From assembly GCA_019744885.1 (NCBI GenBank), contig JAIETY010000012.1:1-61822 (forward strand): 61,822 nucleotides of DNA, written 5' to 3'. The stretch comes from Sphingomonas sp. (GTDB taxonomy: Bacteria > Pseudomonadota > Alphaproteobacteria > Sphingomonadales > Sphingomonadaceae). The notes under the pieces were generated by a model. That model ran no database searches. It had not been told where the DNA came from and saw only the letters and a program-made list of their open reading frames with translations. Positions 1-9,327 of this stretch are shown here, piece by piece. The number at the start of each line of letters is the position of its first letter. Within the stretch, counting starts at the first letter, position 1. Made by a program: the position numbers and the translations under genes.

Positions 1-2
1 AG

Positions 3-110
3 CTTGATCTTGAAGCGGAAATACAGCCAGCGCTGCTGATGACGGAGGACTTCGCCGAGGGTCAGAGAGCGTTCATCGAGAAGCGCAAGCCCGTGTTCAA
101 AGGTAGATAA
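3..110 (+). CDS. Enoyl-CoA hydratase/isomerase, C-terminal fragment (5' end outside window)
   Basis: Manual translation from base 3: LDLEAEIQPALLMTEDFAEGQRAFIEKRKPVFKGR*, a typical crotonase C-terminus; absent from the ORF track. Confidence 0.85.
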   Translation, partial: LDLEAEIQPALLMTEDFAEGQRAFIEKRKPVFKGR

Positions 111-206
111 TCTGCGCTGCTGCGATTGGCATATGAAAAAGTCCGCGCACCGCTTTGTCCGTTGCACTTTGCATGCTTGCCACTCCCGTTGAGTTTGGCT
201 ATCGAG

Positions 207-222
207 CTGAACAATTGTTCAG
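207..222. promoter_or_regulatory. Perfect 16-bp palindrome CTGAACAATTGTTCAG, candidate repressor operator
   Basis: Self-complementary; directly followed by a -10-like TATAAG and an RBS (GGGGAGAG) before the ATG at 246. Confidence 0.6.
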
Positions 223-245
223 TATAAGGTACGGGGAGAGCAAGC

Positions 246-1166
246 ATGTCCATCAGGTTCGATAATCGCGTGGCCATCATCACCGGCGCGGGCAATGGCT
301 TGGGGCGGCAACACGCGCTGCAAATGGCGGCGCGCGGTGCCAAAGTAGTGGTCAACGACTATGGCGGCAGCGCCGACGGCACCGGCGGCTCGTCCGAACC
401 GGCGGAGCGGGTGGTCGCAGAGATCATCGCAGCGGGCGGTGAAGCGATCGCGCATGGGGCAAACGTCGCCAATGCCGAACAGGTCGCCGACATGGTCGAC
501 AAGACCATGGCCAAATGGGGCCGGGTCGACATTCTGGTCAACAATGCCGGGATCCTGCGCGACCGTGCCTTTGGCAAGATGACGATGGAGGACTGGAACG
601 CGGTCATGACCGTGCACGTTTCCGGCTCGACGATCTGCACCATGGCGGTGTGGCCGCACATGAAGGCCGCCAATTATGGCCGTATCGTCATGACCAGCTC
701 GTCATCGGGCATTTACGGCAATTTCGGCCAGTCCAACTATGGCGCGGCCAAGATGGCGGTGATCGGCCTGATGAACGTCCTGCATATCGAAGGCGCCAAG
801 AACAACATCCGCATCAACACGCTGGCACCGGGTGCCGCCACCCGCATGACCGAGGAGCTGCTGCCACCTCAGGTCATCGGCCTGATGAAGCCCGAGCTGG
901 TGACGCCCGGCCTGCTCTATCTCGTCAGCGAAGACGGCCCGTCACGCGTCATTCTCGATGCGACGGCGGGTGGTTTTGCGCGGACCTATATCCATGAAAC
1001 CGAAGGCGTCTGCTTCGCTGCGGATGAGTGCACGCCCGAAAATGTCGCCGCCCATTTCGCGGAAATCTCCGACCCCACCGGCCAGCATCTGTATGAAGGC
1101 GGCGGCGAGCAGGTGATGAAATTCGTGACCAAAGCCGCCGCTGCGGCCGGACTGAAGATCGGCTGA
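246..1166 (+). CDS. SDR, MFE-2-like 3-hydroxyacyl-CoA dehydrogenase
   Basis: TGAGNGLG, VVVNDYGG, NNAGILRD, GNFGQSNYGAAK. Confidence 0.9.
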   Translation: MSIRFDNRVAIITGAGNGLGRQHALQMAARGAKVVVNDYGGSADGTGGSSEPAERVVAEIIAAGGEAIAHGANVANAEQVADMVDKTMAKWGRVDILVNNAGILRDRAFGKMTMEDWNAVMTVHVSGSTICTMAVWPHMKAANYGRIVMTSSSSGIYGNFGQSNYGAAKMAVIGLMNVLHIEGAKNNIRINTLAPGAATRMTEELLPPQVIGLMKPELVTPGLLYLVSEDGPSRVILDATAGGFARTYIHETEGVCFAADECTPENVAAHFAEISDPTGQHLYEGGGEQVMKFVTKAAAAAGLKIG

Positions 1167-1201
1167 TCGACTGGCCGGGACGATGGTGTAAGCTCGGCGG
1201 G

Positions 1202-2038
1202 ATGCCCAGCAAGAGCTTACACCTCGTCTTGTTGACCGCGCTCGCTTTGCTGGCGTTCGCGGGCAATTCACTGCTGACCCGCGCCGCGCTGGCGGGCGGC
1301 GGGATCAGGCCAGACAGCTTTGCCGCGATTCGGCTGGGCGCGGGTGCCGTCATGTTGCTGGCGATCGGCCTTGGGCAGGGACTGACCCTAAGGCCGCGCT
1401 CGCCCGACATTCCCGCGATTGTCGCCCTGTTTATCTATGCTGCCGCCTTTTCGCGCGCCTATGTCAGCCTGGGGGCAGCGACCGGGGCGCTGATCTTGTT
1501 CACGTCCGTTCAATTGACGATCATCGTCGGGGGTCTTGCCAGTGGTGCGAACCTGAACCAGCGGCAGGCTTTTGGCATCGTGATCGCGCTTGGCGGGTTG
1601 GCCTGGCTGCTCGCGCCCGGGCTTGCCACGCCGCCGCTCGGTGCCTCGGCGCTGATGACGGCGGCGGGGATCGCGTGGGGCGTCTATACCCTGATCGGGC
1701 GGGGCAGCGGCGCCGCGATTGCACGGACCGCGCGCAATTTTATCGGCACCATCCCTCTCGCCCTTGTGCTGGTTGCCATGGCAGGGCTGGATGGCACGCC
1801 AACAGCGATCATGCTGGCGGTGGCATCGGGCGCGATCACATCGGCGCTTGGCTATGTCATCTGGTACAGCGTGCTGCCCAGCCTTTCGGCGGTAACGGCG
1901 GCAAGCCTGCAATTGCTGGTACCGGTCATCACGGCGCTGGGCAGCCTGATCTGGCTGCACGAGCCACTGACCGCCACATTGGCGGGGGCAAGCCTGTTAA
2001 TCCTGGCCGGTGTCGCGCTGACGCTCAGGCGATCATGA
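1202..2038 (+). CDS. DMT/EamA family transporter
   Basis: 278 aa, hydrophobic throughout with about 10 TM segments; AFAGNSLL and SGAITSALGYVIWY. Confidence 0.85.
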   Translation: MPSKSLHLVLLTALALLAFAGNSLLTRAALAGGGIRPDSFAAIRLGAGAVMLLAIGLGQGLTLRPRSPDIPAIVALFIYAAAFSRAYVSLGAATGALILFTSVQLTIIVGGLASGANLNQRQAFGIVIALGGLAWLLAPGLATPPLGASALMTAAGIAWGVYTLIGRGSGAAIARTARNFIGTIPLALVLVAMAGLDGTPTAIMLAVASGAITSALGYVIWYSVLPSLSAVTAASLQLLVPVITALGSLIWLHEPLTATLAGASLLILAGVALTLRRS

Positions 2039-2986
2039 CTCTGCGCGGTAGCGGGTCGGCGACATGCCGGTCGCGGCCGTGAACGAGCGCGCAAAGCTGC
2101 TGCTGCTGCGAAACCCGCACGCCAGCGCGATGGCGGTAACGGAAAGGCCCGTCCGGGTCAGCAGCACGCGCGCCTGATCAAGCCGGATGTCAAGATAGAG
2201 CTGGCCAATCGTCCGCCCCAGCCGCTGAACGAACAATCGCTCCAGCTGACGTACGGACAAGCCGACGGACAGCGCTAGATCAGAGCGCGCCAGCGGCTCC
2301 TCAATTGAGCGCTCCATTTGCGCCAACACCTTGAGCAGCCGGTCGTCGGTAACTGCATACCGATCGCGCAGGCTCAGCCGCTGCGGGCGATCGGCGCTGC
2401 GCTGTTCGGTGCGGATGAACCATTCGCTGACTCGGTTGGCGAGCGCGTGCCCCTGATCGCGCTCGATCAGCTCGACCGCTAGGTCGAGCCCCGCGCTACC
2501 CCCTGCACAGGTCACGCGCCGCCGGTCGATCACATACAGTCCGGTATCGACCGTCACCATCGGGAATGCCTCGACAAAAGCCGGTCGGTGATCCCAATGG
2601 ATCGTCGCGCGATAGCCGTCGAGCAGTCCGGCGCGCGCCATCAGATAGGGCGCGCCCGACACCCCGGCCAACGTCACCTGCGCCGCCGCCAGCCGCCGCA
2701 GCCACGCAAATGTCGCTATATCGGCAAAGCTGGCCGGTTCACCCGCCGCGAAGATGAACAGGGTGGCGCAAGCGATCGGCTCGCCCACCTTTCCATCCGC
2801 CAGAATCGTCGCACCATTTGAGGCCCGCACCGGCGCACCATCGATCGAGATATGGACCCAGCGGTAGAGCGCCCGTCCGTCCAGGACGTTGGCGGCGCGA
2901 TAGGGCTCGATGACCGCCGCATAGGACATCAGCGCAAAGCCATCGATCAGCAACAGACCAAGGATGATTGGCCTGGCGTCGGTCAT
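2033..2986 (-). CDS. GlxA-family (DJ-1/PfpI + AraC HTH) transcriptional regulator
   Basis: EPYRAAN, GLLDGYRATIHW, TCAGG, SVRQLERLF, IALACGF..SSFAR; start moved to MTDARP at 2986. Confidence 0.9.
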   Translation of the reverse strand: MTDARPIILGLLLIDGFALMSYAAVIEPYRAANVLDGRALYRWVHISIDGAPVRASNGATILADGKVGEPIACATLFIFAAGEPASFADIATFAWLRRLAAAQVTLAGVSGAPYLMARAGLLDGYRATIHWDHRPAFVEAFPMVTVDTGLYVIDRRRVTCAGGSAGLDLAVELIERDQGHALANRVSEWFIRTEQRSADRPQRLSLRDRYAVTDDRLLKVLAQMERSIEEPLARSDLALSVGLSVRQLERLFVQRLGRTIGQLYLDIRLDQARVLLTRTGLSVTAIALACGFRSSSSFARSFTAATGMSPTRYRAES

Positions 2987-3033
2987 GTCGCTATCCGGCA
3001 CGATTATGTCGCTTTGTGTCAAGCATGGGTCGC
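2986..3033 (+). promoter_or_regulatory. Three (T/G)GTCGC direct repeats at a 21-bp period, candidate GlxA-family binding site
   Basis: TGTCGC at 2986 and 3007, GGTCGC at 3028, in the divergent glxA/mgdA region. Confidence 0.6.
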
Positions 3034-3081
3034 CATATGCCGATAGCATGGCGCTGGATCAACACCGGGCCAGAACCCAGC

Positions 3082-4338
3082 ATGTCGCGCTTTTCGATCT
3101 TCGCGCTCGCTCGCAATGCGCTGTCCGGCCACCGGCACTGGGCACCGACGTGGCGCGATGCGGCGCCTAAGTCGGCCTATGACATCGTCATCATCGGTGG
3201 TGGCGGGCACGGGCTGGCGACGGCCTATTATCTCGCCACGGTGCACGGGATCAGCGATATCGCAGTGCTAGAAAAAGGGTGGATCGGCGGCGGCAATGCC
3301 GGGCGCAACACGACCATTATCCGCTCCAACTATGGCCTTGCCGGCAACACCGCTTTTTACGAGCAGTCGATGAAATTGTGGGAGGGTCTCGAACAGGACC
3401 TGAACTATAATGTGATGGTCAGCCAGCGCGGCGTGCTCAACCTCTATCATTCGGACGGCCAGCGCGATGCCTATGCCCGGCGCGGCAATGCGATGCGGAT
3501 GAACGGCGTCGATGCCGAACTGCTCGATGCAGGGGCGGTACGACAAATGGCCCCGTTCCTCAATTTCGACCATGCGCGTTTTCCGATCATGGGCGGGCTG
3601 TTGCAGCGGCGCGGGGGAACGGCGCGACACGATGCGGTGGTGTGGGGCTATGCGCGCGGCGCATCCAACCGGGGCGTGGACATCATCCAGAATTGCGAAG
3701 TCACCGGCTTCACCCGCGCCCCCGATGGCCGGATCACCGGTGTGGAGACGACGCGCGGGCAGATCGGCGCTGGCAAGGTTGGCGTCGTGGTGGCGGGCAA
3801 CAGCTCGCGGGTCGCGGCGATGGCGGGCCTGCGATTACCAATTGAAAGCCATGTGCTGCAGGCTTTTGTGAGCGAGGCGCTAAAGCCGATTATCCCCGGC
3901 GTCATCACCTTTGGCGCGGGGCATTTCTACATCAGCCAGTCCGATAAGGGTGGCCTCGTCTTCGGTGGGGATATCGACGGGTATAACAGCTACGCCAGTC
4001 GCGGGAATTTGCCGGTGCTGGAGGATGTCTGCGAGGGCGGCATGGCGATCATGCCGATGATCGGGCGGGCGCGGTTGCTGCGCAGTTGGGGCGGCATTTG
4101 CGACATGACGATGGACGGATCGCCGATCATCGACCGCGCGCCGGTGGATGGGCTCTATCTCAACGCTGGCTGGTGTTACGGCGGGTTCAAGGCGACCCCG
4201 GCCTCGGGCTGGTGCTTCGCGCATCTGCTCGCCACCGACCGGCCGCATCCCGTCGCCGCCGCCTATCGGCTCGATCGCTTCGCGACCGGCCATATGATCG
4301 ACGAAAAGGGCCAGGGCGCCCAAGCAAACCTGCATTGA
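3082..4338 (+). CDS. soxB: Sarcosine oxidase beta-like subunit; by context N-methylglutamate dehydrogenase subunit A (mgdA)
   Basis: IIGGGGHGLATAY, GRNTTIIRSNY, HDAVVWGYARGA, GWCYGGFKATP. Confidence 0.92.
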   Translation: MSRFSIFALARNALSGHRHWAPTWRDAAPKSAYDIVIIGGGGHGLATAYYLATVHGISDIAVLEKGWIGGGNAGRNTTIIRSNYGLAGNTAFYEQSMKLWEGLEQDLNYNVMVSQRGVLNLYHSDGQRDAYARRGNAMRMNGVDAELLDAGAVRQMAPFLNFDHARFPIMGGLLQRRGGTARHDAVVWGYARGASNRGVDIIQNCEVTGFTRAPDGRITGVETTRGQIGAGKVGVVVAGNSSRVAAMAGLRLPIESHVLQAFVSEALKPIIPGVITFGAGHFYISQSDKGGLVFGGDIDGYNSYASRGNLPVLEDVCEGGMAIMPMIGRARLLRSWGGICDMTMDGSPIIDRAPVDGLYLNAGWCYGGFKATPASGWCFAHLLATDRPHPVAAAYRLDRFATGHMIDEKGQGAQANLH

Positions 4339-4350
4339 GGGGATAGGATC

Positions 4351-4602
4351 ATGCGACTCCCCTGCCCCTTTTGCGGTGACCGCGACGCCCAGGAATTCGT
4401 CCATCGCGGCGATGCATCGCCCGTGCGGCCAAGCGACGATGCGGGTTTTCATGACTATGTCCACCTGCGCGACAATCCAGCGGGGCCGATGGCCGAGCAT
4501 TGGTATCATGCGCAAGGATGCCGCCAGTGGCTGGTCGTCACGCGCGACACGCGCAGCCATGCAATTTCGGGCGCGGTGTTTGCCAAAGGACCGGACGCAT
4601 GA
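4351..4602 (+). CDS. soxD: Sarcosine oxidase delta-like subunit (mgdB)
   Basis: CPFCGDR..EF, RDNPAG, WYHAQGCRQW zinc-binding pattern. Confidence 0.92.
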   Translation: MRLPCPFCGDRDAQEFVHRGDASPVRPSDDAGFHDYVHLRDNPAGPMAEHWYHAQGCRQWLVVTRDTRSHAISGAVFAKGPDA

Positions 4603-7529
4603 GCCGCCTGCCCAGCGGCGGGCTGATCGATCGGTCGCGGCCGCTCTCCTTCTCCTTCGACGGGAAGCCCTATCGCGGCTTTGCGGGCGATACGCTGGCG
4701 TCTGCGCTGGTCGCCAATGATGTGCGGCTGGTCGGCCGGTCGTTCAAATATCACCGCCCGCGCGGCATCATGACGGCGGGCGGCGAAGAACCCAATGCGC
4801 TGGTGACGCTCGGGACGGGCGCGCATGCCGACCCCAATGCGCGCGCGACGGTGGTGCCGCTTCACGACGGCCTGATCGCGACCAGCCAGAATCGCTGGCC
4901 GAGCCTGCGCTTCGACCTGATGGCGGTAAACCAGCTGGCCGCGCCGCTGTTCGTCGCCGGTTTTTACTACAAGACCTTCATGTGGCCCGCCGCCTTGTGG
5001 GAGAAGCTGTACGAGCCGCTGATCCGCCGCGCGGCGGGGCTCGGCGCGCTTCCGGGCCTGCCCGATCCCGATCATTATGACCGCAACCACGGCTTTTGCG
5101 ATCTGCTGGTGATCGGCGGCGGACCTGCCGGGCTGGCGGCGGCCTTGGCAGCAGGGCGGGCGGGGATGCGGGTGATTCTGGCCGATGACGATAGCCGCGC
5201 GGGCGGGCGGCTGCTGAGCGAGCGGCATGAGATAGACGGTATGACTGCTGTCGATTGGGCGGCTGCCACCAATGCCGAACTGCTCGCGCTGCCCAATGTC
5301 ACCGTGCTGAACAGGACGAGCGTATTCGGCATCTATGATGGCGGCACTTATGGCGCGGTCGAGCATCTGGATGGCCAGCCGCGCCAGCGATTGTGGAAGA
5401 TCGTCGCCCCGCGCGCACTGCTTGCGACGGGGGCGGTCGAGCGGCCTTTGGTGTTCGGCGGCAATGATCGACCGGGCGTGATGATGGCGGGAGCCGTCTC
5501 AAGCTACCTCAACCGCTTCGCCGCCGCACCGGGGAGTCGCGCGGTTGTCTTTACCACCACCGATAGCGGCTGGGCAACGGCGGCGGACCTGCAGCGCGCC
5601 GGGGTCGAACTGGCGGCGATCGTTGAGGCCCGCCCGGAAGCGCCCGTCGCTGCCAAGGCACTGCTGGCGAGTGGCGTGCCAGTGTTCACCGGAGCGGTCG
5701 TCACCGATGCAATCGGCAGCCCGGTCAGGTCAGTCGATATCCGGACCGCATCCGGGGACCGCCAACGGATCGGCTGCAACCTGCTCGCGGTATCGAGTGG
5801 CTGGACGCCGTCGATCGGGCTGGGAAGCCATTTGGGCGCACGACCGACATGGTCAGACGCGGCGCAAAACTTCCTGCTCGACCGCCCGCCCCCTGGCCTG
5901 GCAGCAGCCGGTGCCGCCGCCGGGAATCTCTCGGTCGCCGAAGCACTGCGCGATGGCAGCCATGCGGCGACCGACGCCGCGACCGCCCTGGGCTTTGCCG
6001 CGAGCGCCGCCAGCTTCCGGACCAGCGCCGATCCGAGTGACGCCCGCCCCTTGTGGCTTATACCCGATTGCCGGACCAAGGCGTTCGTCGATTTCCAGCA
6101 CGACGTGACCGACAGCGACGTGGCGCTGGCGGCACGCGAAGGCTTCACTTCGGTCGAGCATCTCAAGCGCTACACCACACTCGGCATGGCGACCGATCAG
6201 GGCAAGACAAGCCAGCTCAACGGGCTGGCGCTGCTCGCCGAGGCGACCGGGCGCAGCATCGCCGATACCGGCACTATCCTCGCGCGCCCGCCCGTCCAGC
6301 CCGTCGCGATCGGCCTGTTCGCAGGGCACCACCGCGACGAGCATTTCCGCCCGATCCGCTACACCGCCAGTCACCGCTGGGCGATCGAACAGGGCGCGAC
6401 CTTCGTCGATGCTGGCATGTGGAAGCGCGCGCAGTGGTTCGCGCAACGACACGAGCGCGACTGGCTGGAAACGGTCAATCGCGAAGTGCTGGCAACGCGT
6501 GGCGGCGTTGGCATCTGCGACGTTTCGACGCTGGGCAAGATCGACGTGCAGGGGCCGGACGCCGGGCTGCTGCTCGACCGGCTCTATATCAACATGTTCT
6601 CCACGCTCGCGGTGGGCAAGGCGCGCTACGGTGTGATGCTGCGCGAGGACGGCTTCGTGATGGACGACGGGACGACGACGCGGCTCGCCGAGGACCGCTT
6701 TTTCCTGACCACCACCACCGTCAATGCGGCACGGGTGATGCAGCATATCGATTATGCGCGGCAGGTGCTGTGGCCGACGCTCGACGTGCAGGCGACATCG
6801 GTGACCGAGCAATGGGCGACCTATGCGGTGGCGGGGCCACGGTCGCGGGCACTGTTGCAGGCGCTGCTCCGCGATTGCGACCTGTCGAACGAGGCATTGC
6901 CCTATATGGGCGCCATCGAATTTCGCTGGATGGGCGCATTGTGCCGCCTGTTCCGCCTGTCCTTTTCGGGCGAGCTGGCGTTCGAGATTAACGTGCCCGG
7001 CACGCTGGGCGATGCGATGATCCGCGCGCTGTTCGAGGTCGGCAAAGGCTTCGACGCGACGCCCTATGGCACTGAGGCATTGTCAGTGATGCGCATCGAA
7101 AAGGGGCACCCGGCGGGCAATGAGCTGAACGGCCAGACCACCGCCGCTGATCTGGGGATGGGGCGGATGATGTCGACCAAGAAGGACTTCATCGGCCGCG
7201 TGCTGGCCGCCCGCCCGGGGCTGACCGCCCCCGAGCGCCCTGCTTTGGTCGGCCTGCGCCCTGTCGATCGCGCGCAGCGACTGCGCGCCGGGGCGCATCT
7301 GTTGAGCGAGGGCGCGGCCCCGGTGATCGCCAATGATCAAGGGCATGTGACGTCCGCCGCTTATTCGCCGACGCTCGGCCATTCGATCGCGCTGGCGCTG
7401 CTGGCACGCGGGCCGACGCGACACGGCGAGCGGGTGGTGGTGCATGATCCGGTGCGCGGCGGCGACATCCTCGCCGAGGTTTGCGCGCCGGTCTTCGTTG
7501 ATCCCGAAGGAGTGCGGGTCCGTGGCTGA
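4599..7529 (+). CDS. soxA: Sarcosine oxidase alpha-like subunit with GcvT-type folate domain (mgdC)
   Basis: GDTLASAL, RSFKYHRPRG, FYYKTFMWP, EHLKRYTTLGMATDQGKT, DVSTLGKID; ATG at 4599 overlaps the soxD stop. Confidence 0.92.
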   Translation: MSRLPSGGLIDRSRPLSFSFDGKPYRGFAGDTLASALVANDVRLVGRSFKYHRPRGIMTAGGEEPNALVTLGTGAHADPNARATVVPLHDGLIATSQNRWPSLRFDLMAVNQLAAPLFVAGFYYKTFMWPAALWEKLYEPLIRRAAGLGALPGLPDPDHYDRNHGFCDLLVIGGGPAGLAAALAAGRAGMRVILADDDSRAGGRLLSERHEIDGMTAVDWAAATNAELLALPNVTVLNRTSVFGIYDGGTYGAVEHLDGQPRQRLWKIVAPRALLATGAVERPLVFGGNDRPGVMMAGAVSSYLNRFAAAPGSRAVVFTTTDSGWATAADLQRAGVELAAIVEARPEAPVAAKALLASGVPVFTGAVVTDAIGSPVRSVDIRTASGDRQRIGCNLLAVSSGWTPSIGLGSHLGARPTWSDAAQNFLLDRPPPGLAAAGAAAGNLSVAEALRDGSHAATDAATALGFAASAASFRTSADPSDARPLWLIPDCRTKAFVDFQHDVTDSDVALAAREGFTSVEHLKRYTTLGMATDQGKTSQLNGLALLAEATGRSIADTGTILARPPVQPVAIGLFAGHHRDEHFRPIRYTASHRWAIEQGATFVDAGMWKRAQWFAQRHERDWLETVNREVLATRGGVGICDVSTLGKIDVQGPDAGLLLDRLYINMFSTLAVGKARYGVMLREDGFVMDDGTTTRLAEDRFFLTTTTVNAARVMQHIDYARQVLWPTLDVQATSVTEQWATYAVAGPRSRALLQALLRDCDLSNEALPYMGAIEFRWMGALCRLFRLSFSGELAFEINVPGTLGDAMIRALFEVGKGFDATPYGTEALSVMRIEKGHPAGNELNGQTTAADLGMGRMMSTKKDFIGRVLAARPGLTAPERPALVGLRPVDRAQRLRAGAHLLSEGAAPVIANDQGHVTSAAYSPTLGHSIALALLARGPTRHGERVVVHDPVRGGDILAEVCAPVFVDPEGVRVRG

Positions 7530-8034
7530 GTACTTGGCGATCACCGAGCGCACCGGCCTGGGCATCGCGACGGTGATGCAGCGGCAGGGGGCGAGCGCGG
7601 CGGCGGTGTCAGCCGCAATGGGATGCGCTCTGCCGCAAGGACCACGCCGGACTGCCGAGGGGCCGCTCTCGATCATCGGCACCGGCCCCGGCACTTGGTT
7701 GGCGATTATGGAAGATGCCGCGAGCGACTGGGTCGAGATGCTACAGACGCGGCTGGCTGGCGTGGCGTCAGTTTCGGACCAGTCGAGCGGCTATCTCGTC
7801 CAGCGGATTGCCGGGCCCGGTGCTGTCGATCTGCTCCAGCGCGGTGTCGCGATCGATCTTCACCCCGCCGCCTTCCCGACCGGATCGGTCGCCACCAGCG
7901 TGATCGCGCATATCGGCGTCATCCTGTGGCGGCTCGATGATGCTGTTTTCGACGTGGCGATCTTCCGCAGCTACGCCGACAGTTTCCGCCACTGGATCGA
8001 CCTCACCCAATCAGGCCTGTCGCATGAACAATGA
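7522..8034 (+). CDS. soxG: Sarcosine oxidase gamma-like subunit (mgdD)
   Basis: [28 protein letters not shown]; GTG start at 7522 overlaps soxA. Confidence 0.85.
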   Translation: MAEYLAITERTGLGIATVMQRQGASAAAVSAAMGCALPQGPRRTAEGPLSIIGTGPGTWLAIMEDAASDWVEMLQTRLAGVASVSDQSSGYLVQRIAGPGAVDLLQRGVAIDLHPAAFPTGSVATSVIAHIGVILWRLDDAVFDVAIFRSYADSFRHWIDLTQSGLSHEQ

Positions 8035-8884
8035 TCGCTACCTGCTCACCCTCTCCTGCCGCAACCAGCCGGGCATCGTCACGCGCGTCACCGCCGATCT
8101 GTTTGCGCATGGCGGCAACATCCTGGAGGCGCATCAGTTCGACGATACCGAGACCGGGCAGTTCTTCACCCGCATTCTGTTCAACGTGCCCGTCGGCGTG
8201 AGCCAGAAGGCCGTGATCGACAGCTTCACCCCGATCGGCGCACATTATGCAATGGACTGGGCGATCCGTCCGGAGGGCGAGCGCCGCCGCGTGCTGCTGC
8301 TCGCCTCCAAATCCGACCATTGCCTCGTCGATCTGCTCTATCGCTGGCGGATTGGCGAATTGCCGATGGAGGTGGTCGGTATCGTCTCCAACCACCCGCG
8401 CAACACCTATAACGCCAGCGATTTCGGCGCGATTCCGTTCCACCATTTGCCCGTGACGCCCGCCACCCGCGCCACGCAGGAGGCGCAGATCAAGGCGATC
8501 GTTACCGAAAGCCACGCCGAGCTGGTCGTGCTGGCGCGCTATATGCAGATCTTGACGGATGATCTGGCGGCATTCCTGTCGGGCCGCTGCATCAACATCC
8601 ACCACAGCTTCCTGCCCGGCTTCAAGGGCGCCAAACCCTATCACCAGGCGCATGCGCGCGGCGTAAAGATGATTGGCGCGACCGCGCACTATGTCACCGC
8701 CGACCTCGATGAAGGCCCGATCATCGCGCAGGATGTCGAGGCGGTCAGCCACGCCGACACGGCCGACGATCTGGTCCGCAAGGGTCGCGACATCGAACGC
8801 CGCGTGCTGGCCCGTGCAGTGAGCTATCATCTAGCCGGGCGCGCCTTCCCCAATGGCGCGAAGACGGTAGTGTTTCGAGAATAA
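8024..8884 (+). CDS. purU: Formyltetrahydrofolate deformylase
   Basis: N-terminal ACT domain; [45 protein letters not shown]. Confidence 0.95.
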   Translation: MNNDRYLLTLSCRNQPGIVTRVTADLFAHGGNILEAHQFDDTETGQFFTRILFNVPVGVSQKAVIDSFTPIGAHYAMDWAIRPEGERRRVLLLASKSDHCLVDLLYRWRIGELPMEVVGIVSNHPRNTYNASDFGAIPFHHLPVTPATRATQEAQIKAIVTESHAELVVLARYMQILTDDLAAFLSGRCINIHHSFLPGFKGAKPYHQAHARGVKMIGATAHYVTADLDEGPIIAQDVEAVSHADTADDLVRKGRDIERRVLARAVSYHLAGRAFPNGAKTVVFRE

Positions 8885-8975
8885 TGCATGACATACTCAT
8901 GCAACTACGTCGAAAATTACGTAAATCGAAAGCTACTTATCTTATTCCAAATAACGTTTCAAATAAAAGCTTTCG

Positions 8976-9169
8976 CTATTTTACTTGTTCCCTACCATTT
9001 TCTTCGGCGAACTCGGCAAACTGTTCTACGGTAACCCCGACCCATTTATGCTTGCCCTTGGCCTTCCAGAGATGCCGCTAGGCTTAATTCGAACGGTCCC
9101 AACCTTACCATCATCTTCGACGATTTCAAAATCTTCCGACTGAGAGCGCTTTATCGTCTTTTTTGCCAT
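8976..9169 (-). pseudogene. Small (~64 aa) hypothetical protein with an apparent 1-bp deletion near 9069-9071
   Basis: MAKKTIKRSQSEDFEIVEDDGKVGTVRIKPSGI continues in another frame as WKAKGKHKWVGVTVEQFAEFAEENGREQVK*; span is 194 nt (3n-1); GAGG RBS upstream; AT-rich. Confidence 0.55.
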
Positions 9170-9290
9170 ATGGCCTCTATTATCAAATCTTAGCTTATAT
9201 TGATCGTTTGCTAGACGCAACAACCCGAGGGTCAGAAAAAAGAATCCGCCATCCCGCACGCAAGCCGTAACAGTAGGGAAAAATTGTTTC

Positions 9291-9322
9291 TTGACAGATT
9301 CGCCCCGCCGAAAGCTATGAAC
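9291..9322 (+). promoter_or_regulatory. Sigma70-type promoter of the XRE-cupin regulator
   Basis: TTGACA at 9291, then GCTATGAAC after a 17-nt spacer. Confidence 0.5.
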
Positions 9323-9327
9323 CGGTC

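Noticed and set aside
8884-9081. 65-aa plus-strand ORF directly after purU
   Set aside because: No recognisable motif or RBS; it overlaps the better-supported minus-strand frameshifted gene
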